From Octopus sinensis (lineage: Eukaryota): DNA of 64,000 bases. Made by a program: the position numbers and the translations under genes. This document shows, one piece after another, positions 39,271 through 51,964 of the stretch (the first letter of the stretch is position 1; the number at the start of each line of letters is the position of its first letter). The notes below the pieces were generated by a model. That model was not told the DNA's origin, ran no database searches, and worked only from the letters and a program-made list of their open reading frames with translations. The DNA lies in NCBI RefSeq assembly GCF_006345805.1, contig NC_043001.1, positions 59,272,001-59,336,000 of the forward strand, written 5' to 3'.

Positions 39271-39859
39271 GCGGAGTCAGTGTTGCCATTCCTGCTAATG
39301 ATACCAGAGGCGGTCCTTTAAGTAGATGCAGTCGGACTGCTGTGATAGATGAGGCACCGGGAGAACTGTTGGTATTTAGAATTAGGATAACGAGAGATTG
39401 ACAGTTTCGTTAGACCATCGTAGAGAATGCCAAGCACTATTTGTACACGCTCAATACGTCTAGAGTTCAAATCACGCATTGGATTTATACGGCTTCTCAC
39501 TTTTCTCTCTCCTCTCCTCCCACATCTCTCTGGAAGGAAAGAAGGAAGGAAGGAAGGAGCAAACGAACAAATTAATCAGATATGATCTTGCCTAGAAAGG
39601 AATGGGCTGCACCATGTTTCACAAATGCTCAAGAAATAATGTATGCTTAAATAGCACGTCTACAGCGCATTCAAGAATTCAAGGCATAGGAGAATAAAAG
39701 ATATTTACTCTTTAGCTGGTTCTTAGGTGGCATATACTAGTTTACATCAGACATGACCGAAATGACCTATGATTAGAAAGGGTACAATCATATATTCTTT
39801 ATCATTTTTAATATAATGCATACTGTACGAAATGTTTACCATCCTTTTTCCAAATAGAG

Positions 39860-40030
39860 TAAGTCGATTACATCGATCTCAGTGCTGAACTCCTGCTTAT
39901 TTTATCGACCCCGATTAGATAAAAGGCAAAATCGATTCCTTCGGCGTCAGTGCTCAGAACATAAAGACGGACGAAATACCACTAAGAATTTTGCCTGACA
40001 TGGTAACGATTCTGCCAGCTCTCCGCCTTC
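39860..40030 (-). mobile_element. SINE family A copy
   Basis: TTTTATCGACCCCG ... AAAGGCAAA ... AACGATTCTGCCAGCTCTCCGCCTT. Confidence 0.75.
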
Positions 40031-42440
40031 ATTTTCCTCTTCATTTTCCTAAACATTCAAGTGCGAATTGTATGAGATTTTGCTGGTCACTTTGCTGTAG
40101 TATGCGAGTGATGTTTTCTTGGTCCCAGTACAAACCTAACCAAGTTTATTCTTAGCCTGCGATTCTAAACTTCAACGGTACTATAAATTTTAACATGTAT
40201 ATGCTTACTTTAGGCGATAGAATTTAATGTTAGATTTGGCTGCTATTTCTAGCAGATAATGCGGATAAGCAAGGATTCCAAGATAGGTTCAGGAAGAAGA
40301 CAGTGGCCACAGTGGGAGTACTGTGCTGTTGTTGTTGTTGTTGTTGTTGTTTGTGGTGGTGGTGGGGTGGTCACTGATACTGGACTATGTGTCAATGGTG
40401 ATAGGCTTAATATTGACAATGTTATTGGTGATATGGTGTTGGTTGTAATGTGGTGGTAATGGTAGTGATGATATTGGTGGTGGTGTTAGTGGCGGTAAAG
40501 TAATGGCGGGGTTGTAGGTGATGATAATCTTTGTTGGTGGTCAGAGAAATTCTAGAATAGACAGAGAGTGAAATGGTTGGTGATGATGGATTTTGGCAAT
40601 AGTAATGATGTTATTGTTACTGTTATTGGTGATGGTGATGTTAGTGGCTGTTGCCGCGGTGATGTAGAACCATAGGTACCAAAACTACTGGTGTATTGGT
40701 GAAATGGATGGTGCGATAGCAAGTCCAGGAGTGTTTATGATGGATGTCCGCAAGTGCGAACCTGTGAATCAGAGTCGACGTTCCAGTGCATCTTCCGGGG
40801 CACACGCGTACACCCACACATACACACACGCGCGTACACACACACACACGCAAATACTGCGGTTTGTTTCTCTTTACAGAATCAGATATAAAATTCTCAA
40901 CTATTTCCTAGGCCTTTGAAATCATTTACAAGCATCACACAGAAACTGTTTTAACACGCTGCTCTCCAAATGACTTTCCCCAGTAAAAAACATTAAACAC
41001 ATCGTTTACGATGGGTGAAACTAAACACAGTAGAGACGACAATATATATATATATATTTGGTGTTTGTATGTGATTTAGCCATAGGTTGTTCCAAATAAA
41101 GCTGTACGAGAATGAAAGACATTCCAGCAGTGACCATTCCGCCATTTTCTTATGTGCAATATCGCATTATCGAAAGAATCCTTTGCTAAGAGTACTGGGA
41201 TGTGATTCGAGATAAACATGGCTGCTATTTTTAAAGGGTTACGACAACTCGTAGAGGTTTCCCCCGTCAGCATATGTCAAGATTGTTCAATACAGCAAGA
41301 AGCAGACACTGATTTTGGAGCTTTAGTAATGTGTTCAATAACAGTAAAATTTGCAGGTTAATAGTTTGACGTGTTTGGTAGTGGAGTAGCGGGATTAATA
41401 TTGCAGCATTTGATGATGATGCTTCTGCTGCAGACGGCAAGCCGGCGAGTAAGAGAATAGTCCAACGGATGCCGGTGGTGGAAGAGGATTAGTGTTGAGT
41501 CAACTAATAGCGGTAGTAATAGTGAGGCATAACGATGTAATGACAACTATGGCGTCGATGTTTTAGAATGGTAATGGCATTGCTGCTGCTGCTGCTGATG
41601 ATGATGTCAAAGACGGAGACGATGTTGATGATGTTTATGATGATGGACGAGAATGACGGCTATGTTAGAAACTTTGCATTGTTGTTTTTGTTGTTATAGT
41701 TGATGCGAATATCTATTTCGCCCGGTTCAACACTCATGGGTTTCTCTTTTTACTTTCACCTTGTATGCAGTTTTGTTTCTGTCTCCTTTAATTGTGTCTA
41801 TCTCTCTCTTCCCTCCTCTCTCTCCACCTCTCTCTTCTTATCTCCCTATCTCTCTTTCTCATTTTCACACTGAACATTCTATTTGTCTTTTACTCATCCC
41901 CTCTACCTTCTTCGGTTTCTTTCATTCTGCCATTTCATTTCTACTTTCATTCTTTCCTTCTGTGTAACGTTCATAGTTTCTCTGTCAGATATTTCTATCT
42001 GCTTTTCTAATGATTATTCTTTATTAAACCGCTTTCCCTTAATTCTTTTTGTTCATTTTTACACATTTCCTCCTTTCTGTTATATTTCTTTTATTTCTAA
42101 TTTACCATTCACTGTCCTTCCTTCATTCATATATTTGTTCTTTCCTTTACTCTCTCTCTCCCTCTCTCTCCTGCCTCTCCTTCTGTCACTCAATTTCTTT
42201 TACATTCATCTTTTTATTATTATTATTAATATAGCTATTTTCCCCTCTACTTCTCTGTTTTACTATTCTTTTCATCCCTGTACAACCATTTATTGTTTTT
42301 ACGAAATAACTTCCTGCCAATTTTGTCTGCTATATCTTCCGACTAGCAATAATGGTTGAAGGTTATTGCTTGCAATTATTCTTCTGGGGCGTTTTATGTT
42401 TGTCGAAATTTGTTTTCATTTTTTATAGTTTTTCAGCATT

Positions 42441-42442
<2 letters not shown>

Positions 42443-42474
<32 letters not shown>

Positions 42475-42478
42475 TAAA

Positions 42479-42562
<84 letters not shown>

Positions 42563-42680
42563 AAGAAGAAGAAGAAGAAGAAGATAGAGAAGAAGAAGAA
42601 GATGAAGAAGAAGAAGAAGAAAAACAACAACAACAACAACAATAACAACAATAACAACAGTAGCAACGACAACGACAATG
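42443..42680. repeat. Compound (AAT)n-(AAG)n-(AAC)n microsatellite
   Basis: Directly visible. Confidence 0.95.
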
Positions 42681-42859
42681 GCGATTTCTTTTATTTACCC
42701 TTGGGCTATTCTATGAGTGAAGCATAACAAGTGCAGTTTACAATTTGTGTGAACGGCTATACAAAAGGTGATGGGAAGAAAGTGGGGAGATGGAAGAGAT
42801 AAAATACATATTATACAAAATATGCTATCAGCTGAATAAAGCAGTTAACACGTGAATGA

Positions 42860-43900
42860 GGGAGAAGAGACTCCAGCTCGGGTCAAAGGAGGAAGCTCGC
42901 AGATCTAGTAACACCCCGACCAACAAAGTCACAAGTTCTTGTTCAACAGCTGTTCTCCACTCTACAGGCGCATTCTTAGAGTAGTTCAAGTCACCCACCT
43001 TTTGGCAAGTTTGTTGGAAGGAAAACTTCCCTCCTGAACTGCAGTTTCCTTATCCAAGCGGAACATGAGAATGTTGGTGTCTTCAATGCTTAGAGCTTCA
43101 CCACTCAACCATAGCCACCAGATAAAGAAATATACCTGTAAAGACAGGTGTGGTGACAATACTCATTATTGACGCAGACGATATTACTTGGGAAAAAATC
43201 TCGGTATAGCTTCATATGTCAGCAATGCTCGAACACTGCATGAGTAAATGTATTACAGTTTCATCGCTCTGCATACATATGGGACAGTCACGTCTGGTTG
43301 ATTTTCCGTAATTTAGATATTCTCTTAAAACGGTAGCGCCATACGGTAACACTGCCAAGGCTAGGATTTCTGGAAATTATCGATTGAAATCTCCGGCTCG
43401 AAAGCCCTCTGAAACAGATCTAAAAAATCATTCTCGTCGACACCTAAAGTTTTCTCGAGAAAGTCATCGCACTTATCCACCGTTAGTTCGTTATATATTG
43501 CAAAAGTAGAATTTACTCAACCGCATATTTTGACAGTTAGAAGGCGGCGAGCTCCTAACTACATTCCAAAAGGTGGGCGGTTAATCCTGGTCTACCAGTG
43601 ATTCGGATCTGCAGTTCCATAAAAGGAATGAAAAGTGGAAAATGGTGCCTTATGGACGACGAGAACACCTGCTCACCGTCGTGAGAAATCTGGAGATGAC
43701 ATAATTTCAGTGTTGGACAAGGAGTGAATTATGGCAGAGAAAGCGTAATCATTCGCCACCTCCGCTGAGTATTGCAGAAATATCTTCTGAGCCTGCTTCT
43801 GAATGAGGCTCATTCGTTAAACAATCTCAGTTTCAGTTCAATTGGTAGTCGCGACATTGTCACAATCCAAGAATTTTAAACGATCAGCCTGTCCAGCGAC
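42860..43900 (-). pseudogene. L1/Tx1-clade LINE ORF2 C-terminal relic
   Basis: Minus strand NFQKS/LAWQCYRMALP and the CCHC zinc knuckle RDCPICMQSDETVIHLLMQC (~43232-43292). Many disablements; boundaries approximate. Confidence 0.7.
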
Positions 43901-45256
43901 CCGCAACGCAGTTTATCCCGTCCGTGAGGATCAGCGAACTTCAATTTTTACCTAAATGTGTATACAATATGTGAAGGTGTAACATTTCATATTTCCGTCA
44001 AAATAAGGTGATGTTGTGTACGTACGGAAAACGATTAACTTATTGGCGTTTTATGTCTTACTTTTGCTCAAAAGTAGATTTGTGTCGTCACAGGCATATT
44101 TCACAACGTTCAATATAATTACTTTTTAATTATGAGAAATCTAAGAAGTCATGTCAGTGTCTCAAATGATCTAACATTTCTGCAGATTCATAATAATTGG
44201 ATTGCAAATTAAATGATGATTGATTCACAGAAATTATCTACGATTTCATTACATTAGTTTTGGTTTCTAATAAAACTATAGACTTCTTTTGTCTCACATA
44301 CTAGTTCATAAGCTAGAGAAAATTATTTCTTTGGATAGTTACGAAGTTAGAAACATAGAGTATTTTTGCGAAAAATATTGACATTTTCACATTTATCTGA
44401 ATCCAGTTATTTCATTTTATTTATTTATTAAATATCAAATCTTTTAAATGAGCTATCACATAGAATGAAGATAGAATGTCCGGTTTCCTAATGGAATTGT
44501 TTCGAGGTTTGTGCAAACATAGCCAAAAGATAGTGCTTGGTGGTATAGAGACGAATAACGAAACCGTTAAGGTCAAATGTGATTTCGCTGTTTTTTCATT
44601 TGACACATTATAAGATGAATATAATATATTGTTAGCCCAAGTAGCTATCTTTACCAATAACAAGAAGAGGTTGACACGATATTAGCTAGATTCTAGCTCA
44701 AAATATGTATAGTTTTCTTTAATTTCTGCTTAAGAGTGCTGATACGAATTCGCTTACAGAATACCGGACATATATAAATACAGAAATTACGCTTAATTTT
44801 AAAGTTTTAACCACCTCTCTTGTTCATTTTATAATACTAATCTTTTGAAAAGGGGCATTAATGTTATCTTTCTTGTTCTTTTAAGACCGTGTTAATGCTA
44901 AAATTTCATTAACTTGAGACTCATATCCCGATCAATTTATAATTGATTGCATAATCAGATAAACCCTGGTAATTAGGCGAATCAGTAGAGTGAAAAAATG
45001 AGTGTGGTATTTCGTTACGCCTTGCCAATTTTAACATTATACTATTGACAAGAATTTTGTCTGCCATCCTTCTGACGCAACAGTAGTTGTGAGCACACTT
45101 ATGGGTTTGTGGTTGCTAGCTATATCGTGAACTGATAGCTTCTAAATGTTGAAAAAAGGTATGAAAAGGAAATTGGATAGCGGCAAAAAATGTCCAAAGT
45201 TCACCATGCATTTATAAATTTCCGAAGCTCATCATATGCGTTTAGATATACATATG

Positions 45257-45327
<71 letters not shown>

Positions 45328-47084
45328 TGTGTGTGTGTGTATGTGTGTGTATGTGTTGTGTGCGTGTGTGTGTGTTTGTGAGTATGTATGCATGTATATA
45401 TGTATATATGTATTTATGTATGTATATATATATCTACAGGTATATGCGTATATATATCTATATATATTGTTTTCTTTCTTACATGCACGCACACACACAT
45501 ATATATACACACACGCACCCACACACACACTCACGCATACACACACGGACACAAGTTGTTTGCATCTTTTGCTGGTTTTGGTCTCGTGATATAGACATCT
45601 TTGATGAGATCACAATAATATTCGAAAATCGATTCAGCATGTTCATAATTTTATCTTCCTAATCTACATAAAATTGTTTAATTTGCCATGGTTATTTATT
45701 TACCTCTTTTGTAGGTTTATATGTGTGTGGGGGGGAGGGGTCTTGCATGTACGTTGTGTGCGTGTGTTGTGTTTGAGCTTAGGTACTTGTGTTGTTCCTA
45801 ATATAGGTACGAGGACAGCAATCTTGAGAAAAATGGCTTTATCAATTATAAGTGACAGCTGATTTCTTTTATCGACCTAAATATTATGGAATATAAGACT
45901 AGTCACAGTGGGATTTAAAGTCGAACGTATGGAGAACCAATGACACAACATAAGGCATCTGGTCCGTCACATTAACAATTCTGTCACACCACAACCCTTT
46001 CCATATTCAACGAAATAAATTAGAAATTATATTTAAATAGATAATATCAAGCACATAGCTTCGTAATTAATCTCATAATTAACCAAATCTTCATGTGCCA
46101 GAATAGAGAGGTAAAATGAAAATAGAATTATGTGTGTGTGTGCGTGTGTGTGTGTGTATACAGACACACACAAACACATACACACTCATCAACGTACACA
46201 TATATACGCACATATATAAACACACACCATCAGGCACTTGCACACATACATCATTATAATTTAGAGACTCATAAATAAATCGCGTGAAATTTAAATATTA
46301 TTGTTATTCACTGAAAAGAAACAAAATGAAATTTCTTTAAACGTCTCTTATTGAAATCTATACAGCTTTCTAATGTTGGATGCTTTAAATAACCTATAAT
46401 GTTTCCTACATTCATCTGTTCTGAAGAATCAGTTCATTTGCTTAAACTAGGTTCCTGATCGAGCTGAGTTTTTACCGAAGGTTTTCCCTTCGTGATCAGC
46501 TCGTTTTTTATTCATTTAGAATAATTTTTTACGACTATGGACCCGGTACCGTTTATTTTTACACTGTGAGACATTTTCTCGCTAAGTCCTCCAAATTTCT
46601 TCAGATCATCCGAGCCATCAAGCTAACGCTAAAGAGATGAACATGCTGTTCTTTTCGGTGGGTAACAGTAAACTAAACCCTATCTGATACTTATCACAGG
46701 CATATTTCAACTACACCAGAAATATAAAACGGAAGCAGAATACTGGTAGGATTTGACTCCATCAATTCAAGAAATTACGCAAAATACCATCGGTTATTTT
46801 GCGCACAATCTGATTTTCTGCCATTGTAAGATTTTGCCTTATAGGCACAAGTTCACCTGGTTTTTGTATATAAGCTGAAACTATTGTTTTATGCTGGTAT
46901 CGTTACCAAATAGTCCTCGGTACGATCGCATAATTTTTAAAACTATATTTCTATGAATAGCGTTAAGCAAATTTACAAATCACATTAAAAGGTGAATACA
47001 ACAAAAGAAAAAGACAAATCGTTCAGAAAATAACTACCACTACTATTTCTACTACTAATAATAATGATTTTCAAATTTTTCCAC

Positions 47085-47250
47085 CATGGCAGGCGTTTTG
47101 GGGGAGGGATTAAGTCGATTACATCGACTTCATTGTTCAGCTGCTGCGTATTTTCTTGACCTCGAAAAGATAAATGTCAAAGACTACCTCGGAGGAATTT
47201 CAAGTCAGAACATAGCGGCCGACAAAATACTGCTGGCATCTGTTCGCATT
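47085..47250 (-). mobile_element. Degraded SINE family A fragment
   Basis: AAGTCGATTACATCGAC ... CTCGGAGGAATTTCAAGTCAGAACATAGCGGCCGACAAAATAC. Confidence 0.6.
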
Positions 47251-47800
47251 GCCTGGAAAAGAAAAAAATCGGGAATGCGATTTATTTCTTCTGGAGAAAC
47301 TAGTATCTCAAATTCCATAGGAATTCCAGTTTTGTTGAGTTGTGGGGTGGACTTCACCTCCACAATCTCCCCATGCTTCTCCAGAACGGCTAAAACCCTC
47401 ACCGGATCCCGTGACCCGGTACGTGTTTGACACGAATTCGAGTCAAACTTTTACCCATGTAATATATCTCTTTATTGCCCACAAGGGGCTAAACATAAAG
47501 GACAGACAAAGGGTTTAAGTCGATTACGTCGACCCCAGTGTGTAACTGGTACTTTATAGAATATAAGCCTGGTACATGCAAGTTACAGTAGCCATTCTTC
47601 TGGCTTCTTGCTCACTGTTACCTAAAGCAGTTACCATCGCATATTGTTTACCTTTCTGTATGTGTAGTATCTTCGAGGCATTTTTCAGTCTCTGCTGGAG
47701 TAGGGAATTTAAGTTTCCTCTCCTTACGAGAAATACATTTATAAACAATTGTTCGTCTTTTTGAGTTTTCGTCCACTCCCTCACTAAGGTGCATAACACC
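47250..47800 (-). pseudogene. ORF1 (gag-like) relic related to 15020-16390, interrupted by a SINE A 3' fragment (~47462-47555)
   Basis: Minus strand YMGKSLTRIRVKHVP aligns with YCGKKLTRAWVCGLS in the other element. ORF pieces at 47554-47799 and 47205-47402. Confidence 0.55.
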
Positions 47801-48533
47801 TGATTTCATAACGTCACCCTTGTATTTCAGTGCCTTATTTATAAAATCTACTGGAAATATAGTCGACTTGCTAACAGCAGTAGCTTTGTTGAGGTCGTTG
47901 TGTTACTATTGCTGCTGCTGCTGTTGTTGTTTTTGGTGGTGGTGGTGGTGGTGGTGTCGTTGTCGTTGTTGTTGTTTTCAGTTTTGTTGTTCGTGACACT
48001 TTTTCTTTTCGATCTTGTTCATCTTGTTGCTGATGTTTTTGTTGATACAGTTGTTGCTAATGTTGTTGTTTCCGCTGTTTGTGGAGATGGGGGAGTGATT
48101 AGGTGATGGTGGTGGTGGTGCTGTTGCCGTTCACATCATTATCGTTGCTGCTGGTACTTTTGCACTTGTTACTGATGTCATAGCAACAAGAGGAAATTAT
48201 ATTTATCGGGAGTTATAACTGTATGTTGCTCTTCGTCGGAGTTAACAGAATGCTGCTCTTGGTCGATTATTATTATTTTTCCGTCATCCGACATTTTTTA
48301 AAATGGGAAAAATGAATAAAATCCTGTCTTCACAAAAAATGCGAAAGAGCAAAATAGTTATTACAACCCCCAAAAGGGGGCTGTAATAACACAAAATGTT
48401 ACCACCGTGATCCAGACAACGTAAGCAAAATACTTGTTAAATAAAAGTTTGAATAAATGGGCTGCAACCAGCTGAAATGTTTGATTAAACACTTACAAAT
48501 TACGGAGGTCCAACATGCACGATTTCACAGACC

Positions 48534-48591
<58 letters not shown>

Positions 48592-48629
48592 TAATAACAA
48601 CAACAGCAAAAACAATAATTTCAGAGTAA

Positions 48630-48776
48630 AGGGTACGTCGATTAGATCGACCCCAGTATTCAACTGATACTTATTTGATCACCCTCGAAAGGATGATTGG
48701 AAGTGTCGACCTCGGCGGAATTTGAACTGAGAACGTAAAAGCCAGACGTGCTAACGATTCTGCCAGCTCGCTGCCT
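48630..48776 (-). mobile_element. SINE family A copy (internally deleted) between (AAT)n/(AAC)n tracts
   Basis: GTCGACCTCGGCGGAATTTGAACTGAGAACGT ... GCTAACGATTCTGCCAGCTCGCTGCCT. Confidence 0.75.
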
Positions 48777-48789
48777 AAATAATAATAAT

Positions 48790-48831
<42 letters not shown>

Positions 48832-51213
48832 AATAATAATAACAACAACAACAGCAACAAGAACGACAACAATACTTTGCAATTTCTTGTCATATTGCTG
48901 TTATCACCTCCACCAGCAGTATAGCATTACTACAAATCGTGCTGTTCACAGCAACTTAGACTGTAACATCATTAATCATATACAGAAAGCAAACACTGCT
49001 AATAGTAATGAAAATATCTTGCCAGAAGCATGTCTAAATCCAATCCTGTGCTCTATTACCATCAATACCACCAATACCACCACCATCACCGCCATAACCT
49101 CACCTACAGCTGCAACCATCCTAACAATAATAATGTCATACTGTGTAAACAGTTCCTTCCACAAGCTCAGTCTCCTCCATTTCCGTTCCCACAAGCTGCC
49201 AAATAACCCCTTTCCCCATCAAAAAGTGGAATTGAACCGAATATCTCACGTAAATGGAGATTTCTTTTATTCCTTTATCAAATATTTTGAGAATCTGTCG
49301 GATCTGTGCTCAACTTCACAATTTGCAACAGTAAAGACTTCATTATTATCAGCACGATCGTATCACCGAAGACTACATTCTTTGATTTGCTTGTGCATTG
49401 TTCCACCGTGATTAATCTTTACTTAAATTTTGACTGAACCGGGAATACTTAGATGAAATTGTAAATGATTTTGTGCCAGAATGCGAAAAGACAACAAATG
49501 ACAATAACTTTTCAAGAATCCTCCTAACATCTTTGGTGGATGAGAGATTTCGTATACGTTTGGGTAAAACGCTAGGAAATCGCTTCGTCATATATTACTA
49601 ATATAATGAACCATCGTGAGTAATGTAGATTTCAGAATGTACACATTTATGGCTATTTAAGAATCAACGCAGAGTATCAGAGATTAAAGTCAAACATATT
49701 TGTGGAGATATTCCATTATTTTTTTAGAGAATTTCCTTCTCTGTTTTAAATTCTGTTAAATCGATTGCTATATTTTGAAGGCAGACGAAACTTGAAATGA
49801 ATTTGTCTACTTTCTGACTGACGAGAATTTGTTACATGCTAGTGCTTTTCCGCTGCAGGCAAAAATAAACTAAAACACATTGCCCTGGGCCGTAGACACA
49901 AAGACTAGAGAGTCTCATTCACTTGTGTACGTACCAATTTTCTTTGAAGAGGAACCTTTGACTGAAAAAAAACTCTGCTTTCATTAAAGATAACGCTTTA
50001 CTTCCAAAGCAGTTCAAATGTTCGGGTAGACATTCGTTTGTTTTTGAGGGTGTTTATATATGTACATATATACTAACCATTCATAAACATACACACACGC
50101 ACACCCACGGATGCACAGACATATGTATACATGCACATACGCACATATGCTACTATGTATGCACACACACACGTACATACACACACACATACACATATAT
50201 ATACACATACATTTTGTATGTATATGTGTACCAGAGTGTAGAAATACACACATACGCACACTCACAGTTAGACATGCATACACATAGTATCAATCGAAAC
50301 TTCATTTTCTTCTTTATTTATTGCAACTTGTAACTTACCGCTTTACAGGAAACATACTTTTTCTGTATAAATGCATACTTATTCATATGTATATGATCTA
50401 CTTCTCGTACATCTCTCTATCCTCTCTCTCTCTCTCTCATTCTGTCTCTCTGTCACTCTGTCTCTCTTTATGATACTTATGATACTTAAATAGAGTGAGG
50501 GAGAGAGGAAAGAGAGGTATGGAAATGAAATAGAAGGTAACTTTAGTACATTAATAAATATTACATTGTTACATTGTAAGTATGTTTGCTTACACGATGT
50601 GAGGGAAAGAAAGTAAGAGTAAAATCGAGTGAGGAGAGAGAGAGAGAGAGATACGTGTGTCTTCGTTGGTGACTGTCTCTGTGGCTAATAAATAGTGGTG
50701 ACCACTAAAATATTCAGCTCCTGCGGAGAAGCTGCACATATTACTTAATATTTTAATCTGTAAAACTAAACAAACTTTCTTCTTATGCTCTCTAGCTGAC
50801 CTTTACAAGTCATGTCCACTCAATTTCTTAACCTTTGTCATGTTGACTACACATTTGTCTTGTTCGGATCAAGACAACCGTACAAGAAAATTATCGATTA
50901 TTGCTTTAAGCTCTCCTCTCAATATAGTGTTAGCCTCAGTGCGCACAGGGTGTTAGGTTCGCACGGTATAATTGACATCGGCCAATAAAATCAATTTACT
51001 TGCTACCATCGACTGACGGCATTGCTAATATTCTAACACACACATCCAGGCATTGTAAGTTTAATGAAATCATACACAAAGGGGAAAGCAAGACAGATGC
51101 ACACTCAGGCACACAAGAACAATCATTTGAATTTACTGCGAATATATGACAGTGTATATTTGCAAAATGACTATATTGTATGATTCTGAAGGTATTCGTT
51201 AGATGGGTAATAT

Positions 51214-51314
<101 letters not shown>

Positions 51315-51370
51315 TATATATATATATATATATTATATATATATATATATACATACATATATCAAAACAT

Positions 51371-51427
<57 letters not shown>

Positions 51428-51430
<3 letters not shown>

Positions 51431-51804
51431 ACGGCAATAAGAAAATAGAGTGGATATGAAGAGGTGGTATTCATCAACTTTTAGACATTAAATTTATATC
51501 TATTTATTTAAAAAAACAATTATAACAATATACATACGTGTATAACATATGCATTAAATATATAAAATTCCAGTAATTATTAAAATATATAACGTAGAAC
51601 CTAGAAACTATTCTACTATGTTCTACGTTATATATTTTAATAATTATTGGTATTTTTATATATGTAAAGTATAATATGTTATACATGTATGTATATTGTT
51701 AGAATTGGCTTTTTTTTCCCAAAAATAAATAATAGATATAAATATAATGTCTAAAAGTTGATGAATACCACCTCTTCATCCCCTCTATTTTTTATTACCG
51801 TATA
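51428..51804. repeat. ~375-bp imperfect palindrome between a (TA)n tract and the PLE
   Basis: ATGAAGAGGTGGTATTCATCAACTTTTAGACATTA pairs with TAATGTCTAAAAGTTGATGAATACCACCTCTTCAT. Pairing continues inward to AATTATTAAAATATATAACGTAGAAC / GTTCTACGTTATATATTTTAATAATT, with the centre at ~51610. Confidence 0.92.
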
Positions 51805-51964
51805 AATTAAGGGTAAAACAACTTTTTACCCCCAACCATTTATTACATTCAGTAGTGTAATTACCATGCAATGAAAAATCACTTGTGTATTAATAATAGG
51901 GTATTCTCCCAGCAGCATATTGGATATATATTATCCCTTAGTTGATTGGATTCACAACCTCTAA

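Noticed and set aside
37933-39289. Gly-rich, His-rich or Thr-rich protein exons
   Set aside because: Degenerate GGT/CAC/CAA repeats are open in several frames on both strands. There is no recognisable domain or supported splice structure.
39318-39500. Possible coding exon (60-aa minus-strand ORF)
   Set aside because: The sequence resembles a decayed SINE A segment (GATTTGAACTC...AAATAGTGCT...CTAACGA) and has no protein family signature.
42356-42727. Poly-Asn/poly-Lys protein
   Set aside because: Pure (AAT)n(AAG)n(AAC)n microsatellite.
46421-46463. CUGAAGA-AUCAG...CUGAU-CGAG hammerhead
   Set aside because: A stem II-like pairing exists but is followed by CGAG rather than GAAA, with no stem III or stem I.
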